A stretch of DNA of 31,393 nt. Origin: Planctomycetota bacterium. Lineage in GTDB: Bacteria > Planctomycetota > Brocadiia > JAADGH01. This document shows positions 8,168 to 17,006 of this stretch, one piece after another. Below the pieces are notes generated by a model. The model was not told the DNA's origin. It searched no databases and was given only the letters and a program-made list of their open reading frames with translations. Each line of letters starts with the position of its first letter. Positions within the stretch are counted from its first letter, which is position 1. The stretch covers positions 608-32,000 of the forward strand of contig JAADGH010000027.1 in assembly GCA_013152475.1 (NCBI GenBank). The letters are read 5' to 3'. The translations under genes and the position numbers were made by a program.

Positions 8168-10243
8168 GTGATGCCGCAGCCAAGGGATACGTCAGCCGAG
8201 CCGGGATCGCGCGACCGCTTGAGACTGTTCTGGCAGAATCATCTCCGTCCATGGTGGCAGGAGTATCAGTGGCCGGCGGTTGGGATGCTGGGGTTCGTTG
8301 CGCTGGTGCTGGGTTGCATGGGGTTTGATGGGTACTTCCGCGCGCTTGGGCAGGCGAGATCCCCTCTGGATATCTTCTATCTTGCCGTCCAATTGTTTGT
8401 GCTGGAATCTGGTTCTATCCCGGGACCGATGCCGTGGGAGCTTGAGGTAGCGAGGCTGCTCGCCCCTGCTGTTGCGGCCTATGCCGCGGCAAGGGCGTTG
8501 GCGGTCATTTTTCACGACCAGATCCAGGCGGTTCGGCTCCGCTTCATCAGAGGACACGTGGTCGTCTGTGGTCTGGGGCGGAAGGGATTTCAGCTTGTCC
8601 GGGACTTCCGCGAGCAGGGCGAACGCGTCGTCGTCATTGAACTCAACGAGGGGAACGACGAGATTGGGAGTTGTCTGGATCTCGGCGCCCTTGTGCTAAC
8701 CGGCAACGCACCGCATGGATCCCTCTTGCGGAAGGCACGAGTTCATACTGCAACACGCCTCGTTGCCGTCTGCGGTGATGATGGGACGAACGTGGAGATT
8801 GCGGTTCAGGCGTATAGACTTGTGCAAGACAAACGCGTCTTGGTCGGGGACATCTGGGGGTGCCTTCTTGATTTCGTAGATCGTGAGCCCTGCAGGCGAT
8901 CTGTACAGTGCCACTCTGGTGCACACAGGACCGAGGTGCATCAGTTCCGGGCTGCATGGCGCAGGTTCCTTGCGCAAACAGGTCGCTGGTGCTATCAGAT
9001 CGCGGACCTGGGGGTATGCACATTCTTCGCCCAGGGCAGAGCAGCACGCGGCGTTCTTACCGAACACCTGAGAAGCACACTGTCGCCTTCCGTCGGAAGT
9101 GTGGAGTGCTATGTGCACATTGTCGATCTCGGGTTGTGCAGGCTGTTTGGACAACACAGAGCGTTCACCGAGAGAGAAGATCCCTTCGAGGCGAGGCTTT
9201 TCAACATATACGAAAGCAACGCCCGTCTGCTTCTCGAGAAGCATCCCTTGGGCCGCGGCCTGGTCGGGGCGGAGGACCCGCGCACCGTCCATCTTGTGTT
9301 GGTGGGTTTCGGCCAGATGGGGGAGAGCGTCGCCTTGCAGGCCGCGAGAGTCGGCCACTACGCCAACGGCAAGAAGCTGCGCCTCACCATCATCGACCGG
9401 GAAGCGGAGAAGAGGAGAGGGATCTTCTACGGGCGGTACCCGCAGTTTGGCCAAATCTGCGACGCCACGTTCATGTCCGCGGATGGAGAGGATTCCGACG
9501 TGCTGAACAGTATAGGCCAATGGGCCAGCGACCCAGAAATGGTCACGACCACTGTGATCTGCTTGGACGATGATTCGCGCGGCCTGTCGTGCGCCCTGGC
9601 ATTGCTCCAGAAGCGGAAGAAGGGTGGCATCGCTCCTCTACTCGTCCGCATGTCCGGCAACGCGGGCCTGGGCGCTCTACTTCGGGATGAGGTATGTAGC
9701 CCTGAGCTAGTGGGTAATATTGACACTTTCAGTCTCGCCTGCACGTTGGGGATGCTGTTGAACGAAAGCATCGACATCCGCGCCAGAGCGATTCACCGGC
9801 AGTACGTCGAGCAACGTCGGCGTGAGGGCCATAATGCTGAGAGTGATCCCGCAATGGCAGATTGGTATTGCCTTGATGAGTCCTACAAGAATTCGAACCG
9901 CCAACAGGCCGATCATATACCTGTCAAGCTCCGAGCGATTGGGTGCTACAGTTTGCGTACCAAGGAACACCTTGCTGCCGTGATAGAATTTACGGACGAG
10001 GAAGTCGAACTACTGGCCAGGATGGAGCACTCGCGATTTGTGGCTGAGCGCCTGCTTGGGGGTTGGACCTACGGGCCGGAAAGGAACCTTGCGGAGAAAA
10101 GAAGCCCCTACCTGATCCCCTGGGATGATCCGCGATTGCCTGAAAGCGTGAAGGATTATGATCGCCAGTTTGTGCGAGATATCCCGAGATTGCTTGCCAT
10201 GGCAGGGGAAAGGGTCTATCGAAAGCCTGCCACCCATTTGTAG
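8168..10243 (+). CDS. membrane protein with two TrkA-N/Rossmann-type domains and a C-terminal RyR-type domain
   Basis: N-terminal hydrophobic helices (WPAVGMLGFVALVLGCMGF; IFYLAVQLFVLE; LLAPAVAAYAAARALAVIF). HVVVCGLGRKGFQLVRDFREQGERVVVIE is a GxGxxG Rossmann motif. A second one is VHLVLVGFGQMGESVALQAAR. C-terminus MEHSRFVAERLLGGWTYGPERNLAEKRSPYLIPWDDPRLPESVKDYDRQFVRDIP is RyR-like. The likely ATG is at 8171. Confidence 0.75.
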   Translation: MMPQPRDTSAEPGSRDRLRLFWQNHLRPWWQEYQWPAVGMLGFVALVLGCMGFDGYFRALGQARSPLDIFYLAVQLFVLESGSIPGPMPWELEVARLLAPAVAAYAAARALAVIFHDQIQAVRLRFIRGHVVVCGLGRKGFQLVRDFREQGERVVVIELNEGNDEIGSCLDLGALVLTGNAPHGSLLRKARVHTATRLVAVCGDDGTNVEIAVQAYRLVQDKRVLVGDIWGCLLDFVDREPCRRSVQCHSGAHRTEVHQFRAAWRRFLAQTGRWCYQIADLGVCTFFAQGRAARGVLTEHLRSTLSPSVGSVECYVHIVDLGLCRLFGQHRAFTEREDPFEARLFNIYESNARLLLEKHPLGRGLVGAEDPRTVHLVLVGFGQMGESVALQAARVGHYANGKKLRLTIIDREAEKRRGIFYGRYPQFGQICDATFMSADGEDSDVLNSIGQWASDPEMVTTTVICLDDDSRGLSCALALLQKRKKGGIAPLLVRMSGNAGLGALLRDEVCSPELVGNIDTFSLACTLGMLLNESIDIRARAIHRQYVEQRRREGHNAESDPAMADWYCLDESYKNSNRQQADHIPVKLRAIGCYSLRTKEHLAAVIEFTDEEVELLARMEHSRFVAERLLGGWTYGPERNLAEKRSPYLIPWDDPRLPESVKDYDRQFVRDIPRLLAMAGERVYRKPATHL

Positions 10244-10446
10244 AGATGGTTGGGGCGTTACAACAGGACAACAGGAGGAGGACGTTTGAAAGGTTTCTCA
10301 GCTTTTGAGACAGATATCTTCGGGAATTAGATGTAGTAGATAGTACTTAATCTGACAGTTTCGCTGAACTGTTCCATAGCAATGCCTGATGGACAAGAGA
10401 ATGCCGGCAACGTGGGATCTGATGAGGACGAGGAACTGGTGTCCAC

Positions 10447-10847
10447 CTATTCCTTGAGCGATCCGCATGCGGCCTCAAGCTCCCGCAATTTCTCGCTCAA
10501 TTTCTTCATTTCCGGAGCGTCCATGCCAATCGCATGAAGTTCCTGCCTCGCGCTCCTTGCCAAGTCCACAAACTTCCGTATCTCTTTCGGGTTGGTCGAT
10601 GACCAGGCTTTTCGAATTCTTTCGTTCGCGATGCGGCAAATCTCAGCCCTGGCGTAGTATCGACGCTTGAAGGCCCCTTGTCATAGACATCAGGGCCACA
10701 AAAGGAGTATTTGGCTTCGTAATCGCACGCTTGGGCATACCAATATGACTCAGTGCCGCCAACTCGCGCCTTCAGTCGACCGATCAAGCTAACGATGTCT
10801 GCCTGTATCATACCGATGTCTGGTCCTTCGGCTCTTGCTTTCGACAT
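10447..10847 (-). pseudogene. small hypothetical gene interrupted by a frameshift
   Basis: GGAGG lies 6 nt before the ATG (complement of 10845-10847). It reads MSKARAEGPDIGMIQADIVSLIGRLKARVGGTESYWYAQACDYEAKYSFCGPDVYDKG. A protein-like reading then continues only in another frame: FKRRYYARAEICRIANERIRKAWSSTNPKEIRKFVDLARSARQELHAIGMDAPEMKKLSEKLRELEAACGSLKE, with the stop at 10447-10449. Confidence 0.45.
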
Positions 10848-11349
10848 GGCATGCCTCCATCCGTTCAGGGGGAAATGGTTCCGCATACACTGTGACTACC
10901 GAGCGAATGTCGTGCCGAGTGCCCGGACCGTCAGAAAAGCCGAGACAAACCCTTGTGAGGCAGGCGAGTACGACAACGGTTTCGGGGAAAGAAAATTGAG
11001 TTCCGGCGTTGAGTTATCGATTGTTGGGGAACTGGAGAGTGGCGATGCCCAATTGCGATAAGCGTGCAAGTGGAAGATGGCAGCAAGCTTGGGGCAAGAA
11101 ACTGAATTTTGAGATGAAACGGCACGGGATATGATGCTTCGTTGCTTGCTGGCGGGGGCCGTCAGAGTAGGCATGGTACACAAGAAAAGGATTGCGCTAC
11201 CAAGCCGCAGCCTGTAACTTGGGTATGTCAGGCCAGCCAATTACAGAAACCCGTTGGTGGCGGCGTTCAGCATTGCGCGAGGCCGTAACCGTGGCGATGC
11301 GCATGGATCCTGCAAGGGTATCGAAAGCCCATGGAGAAGGAGGAAAATC

Positions 11350-11796
11350 ATGTCGGCAAAACCATTCGGACTGGCCATGAAGGCGTTCATCTACGATGAG
11401 GAAGGACGCTGTCTTCTTATCAGACGATCCATGAACTCAAAATTCTTCGCCGGCCAGTGGGATTTGCCGGGAGGCAAGGTGGATTCCGGCGAAGAATTCG
11501 ACGATGCCATGGCTCGGGAGGTGGCCGAAGAGACGGGCTTGACCATTACACTGGAAGGGGTTGCCGGAGCGAGTGAGCACGAACTGCCGCACATTCGTGT
11601 CGCGATCCTGTTCATGGAAGCGCGTGTTGCGTCGGGAGATGTCCAGTTGAGCAGTGAGCACGACGAATTCAGATGGGTATCACGGAAGGAACTCGGCAAC
11701 ATGGACATCTCCGATCAATTGAGTCCCTTTGTTTTGAGCTATCTTGAATCGAGCAATAAGTCGCAGATCATCTCGGACGAAAGGGGCCATGGATAA
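11350..11796 (+). CDS. NUDIX hydrolase
   Basis: Complete Nudix box GKVDSGEEFDDAMAREVAEETGL (GX5EX7REUXEEXGU). AAGGAGGA lies about 5 nt before the ATG at 11350. The track ORF from 11254 is an upstream extension. Confidence 0.9.
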   Translation: MSAKPFGLAMKAFIYDEEGRCLLIRRSMNSKFFAGQWDLPGGKVDSGEEFDDAMAREVAEETGLTITLEGVAGASEHELPHIRVAILFMEARVASGDVQLSSEHDEFRWVSRKELGNMDISDQLSPFVLSYLESSNKSQIISDERGHG

Positions 11797-11840
11797 TAGC
11801 TCTGAACAATAATTTGCCGGTTTTACAAAGGAGACATCCG

Positions 11841-14537
11841 ATGTCTAAGAAAGGCAAAGCGACTGAGACGAAGCACGAACGCGAACAGATCGTGAAGTAT
11901 GGAAGACTGTATCCTCGGTATAAGAAGTTCGCAGAGGTCCTCCGCCATATTCTCGAGAAAGCCGCGAAGACGCGAGCCCCCCTTGCCATCGTTCAGACAC
12001 GCCCGAAAAACATCGCAAGTTTTGCTGAGAAGATTCAGCGCAAAAAGGAAGAATACAAAGACCCGGTCAATGAGTTTACCGATCTCTGCGGAGGTCGTGT
12101 AATCGTGCACTTCCGGCGGGAAATTGATGCGATATGTGACTTCATCAAAAACCACTTCAAGGTCGATTGGGACAACAGCGTGGATGTTGTCGAACGACTC
12201 AACCCCACGGAGTTCGGCTATCGATCCGTCCACTATATCGTGTCGTTCCGGAAAGGTGTTTTTCCGACGGAAGAGATCCATGTCAAGATACCGGAAACAG
12301 TGCTGGGTCTGAAGTGCGAAATCCAGGTCAGGACCATCCTCGAACACGCGTGGGCCGACATCTCTCACGATCTGAGCTACAAGAGCGCTTTTCCCGTTCC
12401 CGAGAGGTGGATACGGGATATTGCACGTCTGGCCGCCATGCTCGAAGAAATTGACAGCGACTTCGAACGGGTTCAAGAGAGACTTCACAGTTACGCGGCC
12501 AGTTACGGCGAATACATGATGCCGGAGAAAGTCCAGGACGAAATCGACAAGCTTCGGATTGTGCTGAAGTATGACAGGAACAACGCAGAACTGGCGGACC
12601 GTATCGGCAAACTTGCCATCACGATCGGCGAATGGGATATTGCGATTCAAGTCCTTTCTCCGTATGCCGACTCCGGTCACCCGGCGGTGCTGAGGGATCT
12701 GGGGGTCGCGCTGTGCAAAAAGTATGACGGAAACAGGAAGAACGCCAAATATCGGCAAGGTCAATGCTACTTGGAGTTGGCTGCCGAACCTGAGCATCAG
12801 GATGCCGATGCGATGGCTTCCCTTGCTGGAACGTGGAAGGAAACTGATGAGGAAAAGGCACGGGAACTCTATCGGCGGGCCTACGAGGTCGATCCATCGG
12901 ATGCCTATCCCTTGGGCAACTATCTGGACCTGGAAATCATTCGCCAGAAAAACACATCCATTGTCTCGTTGATGAATCCGATGATTGAGGTGGCGGTTCA
13001 GAGATGCAGAGACCAAGCTAATGTGGGTATGAATCTGCCCTGGGTGTTCTATAGCATCGGCAAGTTCCGCCTCCTTCAGGGGAAGCCATACGAAAGCCTG
13101 GCTGCTTATGCCAAGGCAATCGACGTCAGCAGTGCGACGTTCATGATCGAATCCTCGTTGGAATCCCAGGATCGGCTTGCTGTGGTTGAGGAGCATCTAA
13201 CAGGCCTCCAGTGGGTGAGGATGTTGCTCCGCGTGGGATTGGCTGCCCACCTGATAAAGCGCCAACGAGAGGCCTTGGAGCAACGTCGTGCGGCGCGCGA
13301 GGACCTGAAGGAAAGCAAAGCAAAGCTTCGAGAGTTGGAGAAAGGGAGAAGGAAGTCACGCAAGGAGATCGCCGAACAGAAACAAGAGGTCAAGGATGCG
13401 GAGACCGGTGTCAAAGAGGCGCAGCGAGCGGTGACCCAAGCGAGGAAGGAACTTAGGGCGGCGAGATCGAAGTACATTCTGAAGAGCCAGCTCGCGTTCC
13501 GGAAAACACAACCCATCAACCAGCCTATAGTGATCGTGGTTGGCGGATGCGATCCTCAACTTAAGAAAGAAATGGCAGGATACAGATATCTCCTACTGGA
13601 GGCATTCAGGGACTTTGAGGGTACGGTCATATCCGGGGGCACAACGGCTGGAATCTCGGGCATCGTCGGCGAGATCGGCAAGAGATATCGGGGCCGCATC
13701 CACACGATAGGCTATCTTCCTCAGGCTCCGCTACCTGCCGATGCTAAGCTGGACAAGCGCTACGGTGAGGTCCGTCGGACGAAAGGCGAGGGGTTCACCC
13801 CCCTGGAACCCCTCCAGAACTGGATGGACATACTCGCCTCGGACATCGATCCGGTTGAGGTCCGCGTTCTCGGCGTCAATGGCGGCAAAATTGCGGCCGC
13901 GGAGTATCGCATCGCCCTGGCACTGGGCGCCCAGGTGGCCGTGGTGGAGGAGAGTGGCCGCGAGGCCGCCCGGTTGGCTCCCGACGAGGACTGGAGCGAC
14001 CTGCCGAACCTGATCCATCTTCCTGCCGACCCGATGACCATTCGTGCGTTCATTGGGTCGGGAAGCGGCAAACTGCCGGAGAAGATTCGGGATACCGTCG
14101 CCAAGGGCGTTCATGAGGAATACCGCCGCAATCAGGAAAAGGAGCTGCACAGCGGGAAGCCTTCGATGGCAGAATGGGCCAGCCTGAAGGAAAATCTCAA
14201 GGAGTCCAATCGCCAGCAGGCCGACGACATCTCAGCAAAGCTTCGCCGGATCGGCTGCACGGTAGAGCGCGTGAAGAATCGCGAGATTGTGCTCATGACG
14301 TTCACGAAGGCTGAAGTGGAAGCGATGGCGGTTATGGAGCACGCCCGATGGAATGTAGAGCGCCTCCTCGACGGCTGGACGTGGGGGCCGCAAAAGGACG
14401 TCGACCAGAAGATCAGCCCCTATCTGGTGAGCTGGGAAAAACTTCCCGAAAACGTCAGAGAATGGGACCGCCAGGCCGTTCGCGCCATCCCCAAACTCCT
14501 CGCCGAAGTAGGGCTGGAGGTGCGGCGGAACAGATAG
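11841..14537 (+). CDS. multidomain RelA/SpoT-type nucleotide pyrophosphokinase - TPR - coiled coil - SLOG (LOG/TRPM-N-like) - RyR-type domain protein
   Basis: - Synthetase motifs: TRPKNIASFAEKIQRKK, DLCGGRVIV, GYRSVHYIV, CEIQVRTILEHAWADISHDLSYK.
- TPR-like helices at about aa 250-400.
- Charged coiled coil: KRQREALEQRRAAREDLKESKAKLRELEKGRRKSRKEIAEQKQEVKDAE.
- SLOG-like: IVIVVGGCD...VISGGTTAGISGIVGE...GVNGGKIAAAEYRIALALGAQVAVVEESGR.
- RyR-like: MEHARWNVERLLDGWTWGPQKDVDQKISPYLVSWEKLPENVREWDRQAVRAIP.
- AAAGGAGA lies 6-7 nt before the ATG at 11841. Confidence 0.85.
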   Translation: MSKKGKATETKHEREQIVKYGRLYPRYKKFAEVLRHILEKAAKTRAPLAIVQTRPKNIASFAEKIQRKKEEYKDPVNEFTDLCGGRVIVHFRREIDAICDFIKNHFKVDWDNSVDVVERLNPTEFGYRSVHYIVSFRKGVFPTEEIHVKIPETVLGLKCEIQVRTILEHAWADISHDLSYKSAFPVPERWIRDIARLAAMLEEIDSDFERVQERLHSYAASYGEYMMPEKVQDEIDKLRIVLKYDRNNAELADRIGKLAITIGEWDIAIQVLSPYADSGHPAVLRDLGVALCKKYDGNRKNAKYRQGQCYLELAAEPEHQDADAMASLAGTWKETDEEKARELYRRAYEVDPSDAYPLGNYLDLEIIRQKNTSIVSLMNPMIEVAVQRCRDQANVGMNLPWVFYSIGKFRLLQGKPYESLAAYAKAIDVSSATFMIESSLESQDRLAVVEEHLTGLQWVRMLLRVGLAAHLIKRQREALEQRRAAREDLKESKAKLRELEKGRRKSRKEIAEQKQEVKDAETGVKEAQRAVTQARKELRAARSKYILKSQLAFRKTQPINQPIVIVVGGCDPQLKKEMAGYRYLLLEAFRDFEGTVISGGTTAGISGIVGEIGKRYRGRIHTIGYLPQAPLPADAKLDKRYGEVRRTKGEGFTPLEPLQNWMDILASDIDPVEVRVLGVNGGKIAAAEYRIALALGAQVAVVEESGREAARLAPDEDWSDLPNLIHLPADPMTIRAFIGSGSGKLPEKIRDTVAKGVHEEYRRNQEKELHSGKPSMAEWASLKENLKESNRQQADDISAKLRRIGCTVERVKNREIVLMTFTKAEVEAMAVMEHARWNVERLLDGWTWGPQKDVDQKISPYLVSWEKLPENVREWDRQAVRAIPKLLAEVGLEVRRNR

Positions 14538-14582
14538 GCTGTTGTCACCCAACGGCCGGATGAATGCCGAAAGGAGAACCAG

Positions 14583-14810
14583 ATGGCCGACGTTTTCATC
14601 AGTCACATTGAAGAGGACGCTGAAGTAGCTGAGACCATCGCGCATAGCTTGGAGGGGGCCGGGTACACGACATGGTATTACGAGCGTGACACCAGTAGCG
14701 CGCGAGCCGATTTCGCAGAGGTGCGAGGTGATCGTCGCTGGGTAACACATGCAGCAGCGCGAGAAGCAGTGCTTGATGAGCTCACAAGAAAACGGCACAA
14801 TAGCGCTTGA
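14583..14810 (+). pseudogene. decayed TIR-domain gene (N-terminal strand/helix intact, remainder scrambled)
   Basis: A good RBS (AAAGGAGAACCAG) is followed by MADVFISHIEEDAEVAETIAHSLEGAGYTTWYYERD, a typical TIR start. After about aa 35 the TIR pattern is lost. TIR-like pieces (EVIVAG; ENGTIALDP) appear in other frames up to about 14870. Confidence 0.55.
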
Positions 14811-14930
14811 TCCGCGTCTTCGTTTCGTCCGCGTTCCGCAATATGCAGGAGGAACGTGGGTCAACTGAGATGTCTGCGAAGTTGGATCAGCTCTGACGTC
14901 CAGTTCTGGGCAAAGACCCGTCTCTTGGGC

Positions 14931-16637
14931 TCACACCCCCTTCATCAACCAGTCCCGCTCGTGAAATACGGCGTCGAGGGCGCTGTCGAGATGGTCGTCA
15001 ATGATACTGCGCCAGTAGGTAACGGCATCGACGGGAACGGAGAACAGTAGGTCGTCGAAGTGGGAGAGTTTCTCGATCAGTCCTTCGAATATGCCGAAGG
15101 TGGACTTGCCGTGGAAGAGCAGCGGCTGCTGGCAGAGTCTTTCAAGTTCGAGCATGTGGTGGCGCATAGTCCTGTGGACATTCTTGAGCGCCTTGGGTTC
15201 TGTCTTGCTTTTGAGCACGCGCTGGAAGGCATTCCGAAAGGCCAAGATCAGGTCCTGCGCCTCAAGAAGGTGGCGCAGGCATTCGACGGCGTGCCGGCTT
15301 AGCTCATCGGCAGGCAGCTCGTCAGGCTCGATCGCTGCGGCCTGGCCCAGAAGGCGAAAGACCCCGCGCAAGTGTTTCGCGTTGAGACTATGTCTTGGGA
15401 CGATGTTGTGAAACACCGCATAGAGATGGGCAAGCACCGACTTCAATTCGCGTGCATTGCCGGGCCAGCGATAGGTTTGCAGTTCTGAGATGATGTCGGG
15501 GGGTAATGTCCAATTGCTGTTCCCTGTGATCTTTGCCCAGAATGCCTTGGCCAGCAAGGCCACATTTTCGGGGTTATCCTGGAGTCTCGGCGTGGAGATG
15601 ACGAACCATCGGAGGCGGTAGTACAAGTCTTCTCGAAACTGGCCGCTGTGAACCATGGACGGCAGATCGCGGTTGGTTGCGGCGATCACTCGAGCATTCA
15701 CAGGGGTCTCTTTCTGCTCACCAATTCTCCGGACCTTATGGTCCTGTATGGCACGCAATATCTTTGTTTGATGATCGAGCCTGAGTTCGCCAATCTCATC
15801 AAGGAACAGAATTCCATTCTGTGCGGACTGCCACAAGCCTACCTTATCCCTCGTCGCGCCGGTGAAGGCTCCCTTTATATAGCCGAATAGCTCCGATTCC
15901 AGCAGTTCGCTTGGAATGGCACCGCAGTTGACCGGTACGAAGGGCCCCCTTCTGAGCGGACCGAACGTGTGAATGCATTTTGCGACGAGCTCTTTGCCAG
16001 TGCCTGTATCGCCAAGGATGAGCACCGGGTTGTCGTCTTCTTTGGCGAGGACAATGAGTTTCCTAGCAAGTTCCACTTTTTTGCATGTGCCCACAAATCG
16101 TTCTGCAAGCGCCTTTGGGACCTCGACCTTGGCCAACAGAGAGATGGGCGACTCGTCTTTGCTCCCTGCCGGGTCATCCTGAAGGGCCTCCTTCCAGAGT
16201 TCCCGGAATTGATCTTCTGGAACAGCAATGAGGCAGGCCCGGAGCCGGTCGTTCCCTTCGGCCTTGGGATTAAGGAGGGCTTTGTCGGCTCTTTTAAGGA
16301 GGGCCTTTACGCCTCCCTTCAAATGCCCTGTTGTTCCGTATTTTGCGCGAATCAATCGAATTCCGTCTTGCCCCTTCAAAAGCCGGTAGAGCTCAATCTC
16401 TTCGTTTTGCACGCCTTTGTCGACAACAAGGTCATCGAGTTTTGTCAGTTGCTCAATGTCGATAGATGAGATGACGTAGGCCGTTGGCCGTTCCGGTGAG
16501 CACGCTTGCTTGAATGCTGTCTTAGTGTTCCATTCCGCTCTGCGGCATGCAAGATCTTTCTTTTTCGGTTCCTCGTCGGTTTTCGGCTCCCTGTTTGGAT
16601 CAAGAAAGAGCTCGACCGCACTTATGTTCATCTTCAT
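14931..16637 (-). CDS. sigma-54-dependent AAA+ transcriptional activator (bEBP) with unknown N- and C-terminal domains
   Basis: Walker A LILGDTGTGKELVAK. Sigma-54 contact loop YIKGAFTGA (GAFTGA). Walker B ILFLDEIGEL, then RVIAATNRDL, EDLYYRL, RWPGNARELKSV. GGAGGA RBS. No Fis-type HTH is recognisable in the ~150-aa C-terminus. Confidence 0.85.
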   Translation of the reverse strand: MKMNISAVELFLDPNREPKTDEEPKKKDLACRRAEWNTKTAFKQACSPERPTAYVISSIDIEQLTKLDDLVVDKGVQNEEIELYRLLKGQDGIRLIRAKYGTTGHLKGGVKALLKRADKALLNPKAEGNDRLRACLIAVPEDQFRELWKEALQDDPAGSKDESPISLLAKVEVPKALAERFVGTCKKVELARKLIVLAKEDDNPVLILGDTGTGKELVAKCIHTFGPLRRGPFVPVNCGAIPSELLESELFGYIKGAFTGATRDKVGLWQSAQNGILFLDEIGELRLDHQTKILRAIQDHKVRRIGEQKETPVNARVIAATNRDLPSMVHSGQFREDLYYRLRWFVISTPRLQDNPENVALLAKAFWAKITGNSNWTLPPDIISELQTYRWPGNARELKSVLAHLYAVFHNIVPRHSLNAKHLRGVFRLLGQAAAIEPDELPADELSRHAVECLRHLLEAQDLILAFRNAFQRVLKSKTEPKALKNVHRTMRHHMLELERLCQQPLLFHGKSTFGIFEGLIEKLSHFDDLLFSVPVDAVTYWRSIIDDHLDSALDAVFHERDWLMKGV

Positions 16638-16919
16638 GCCACGCTCCTCCGAGATTTCTCAGCGGTCCCCAGCTGTGAGTCCCTTTTAATGCTACTGTTG
16701 GCGTCAAACCGTGTCAACGATGAATTCGCTTTCTGTCTCAGCAATGGTTCACTCCCTGCGCCTTCTCAGCAGTTCCAGAGTAGCAGCGCAACTCAACGCC
16801 GTAGAGCCGAGGCTGAAGATAACTCAACCACAAGACTCAATTCTCTCTCGAGGACCTGACTGGACCTAAGCTGCGTGTCGGCAACGCCTTAGCAGAATTC
16901 TCCGATCCGTCGTTGAGCA

Positions 16920-16936
16920 TTGGCATAACTTGTGCA
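16920..16936 (+). promoter_or_regulatory. candidate sigma-54 (-24/-12) promoter
   Basis: TTGGCATAACTTGTGCA has GG (16922-16923) and GC (16934-16935) separated by exactly 10 nt, as in the TGGCAC-N5-TTGC consensus. There is one mismatch in each element. It lies about 70 nt upstream of the first operon gene (17007) and is divergent from the bEBP gene. Confidence 0.55.
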
Positions 16937-17006
16937 CATCCGGTCTGTCGTGAGACGGGGATCGTGGCGAGAGTTCAGGTCCCGGGAAACAAGGAAGTGA
17001 GACGAA

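Noticed and set aside
11823-13196. 457-aa minus-strand ORF
   Set aside because: Antisense to the RelA/SpoT-SLOG gene, whose motifs are unambiguous.
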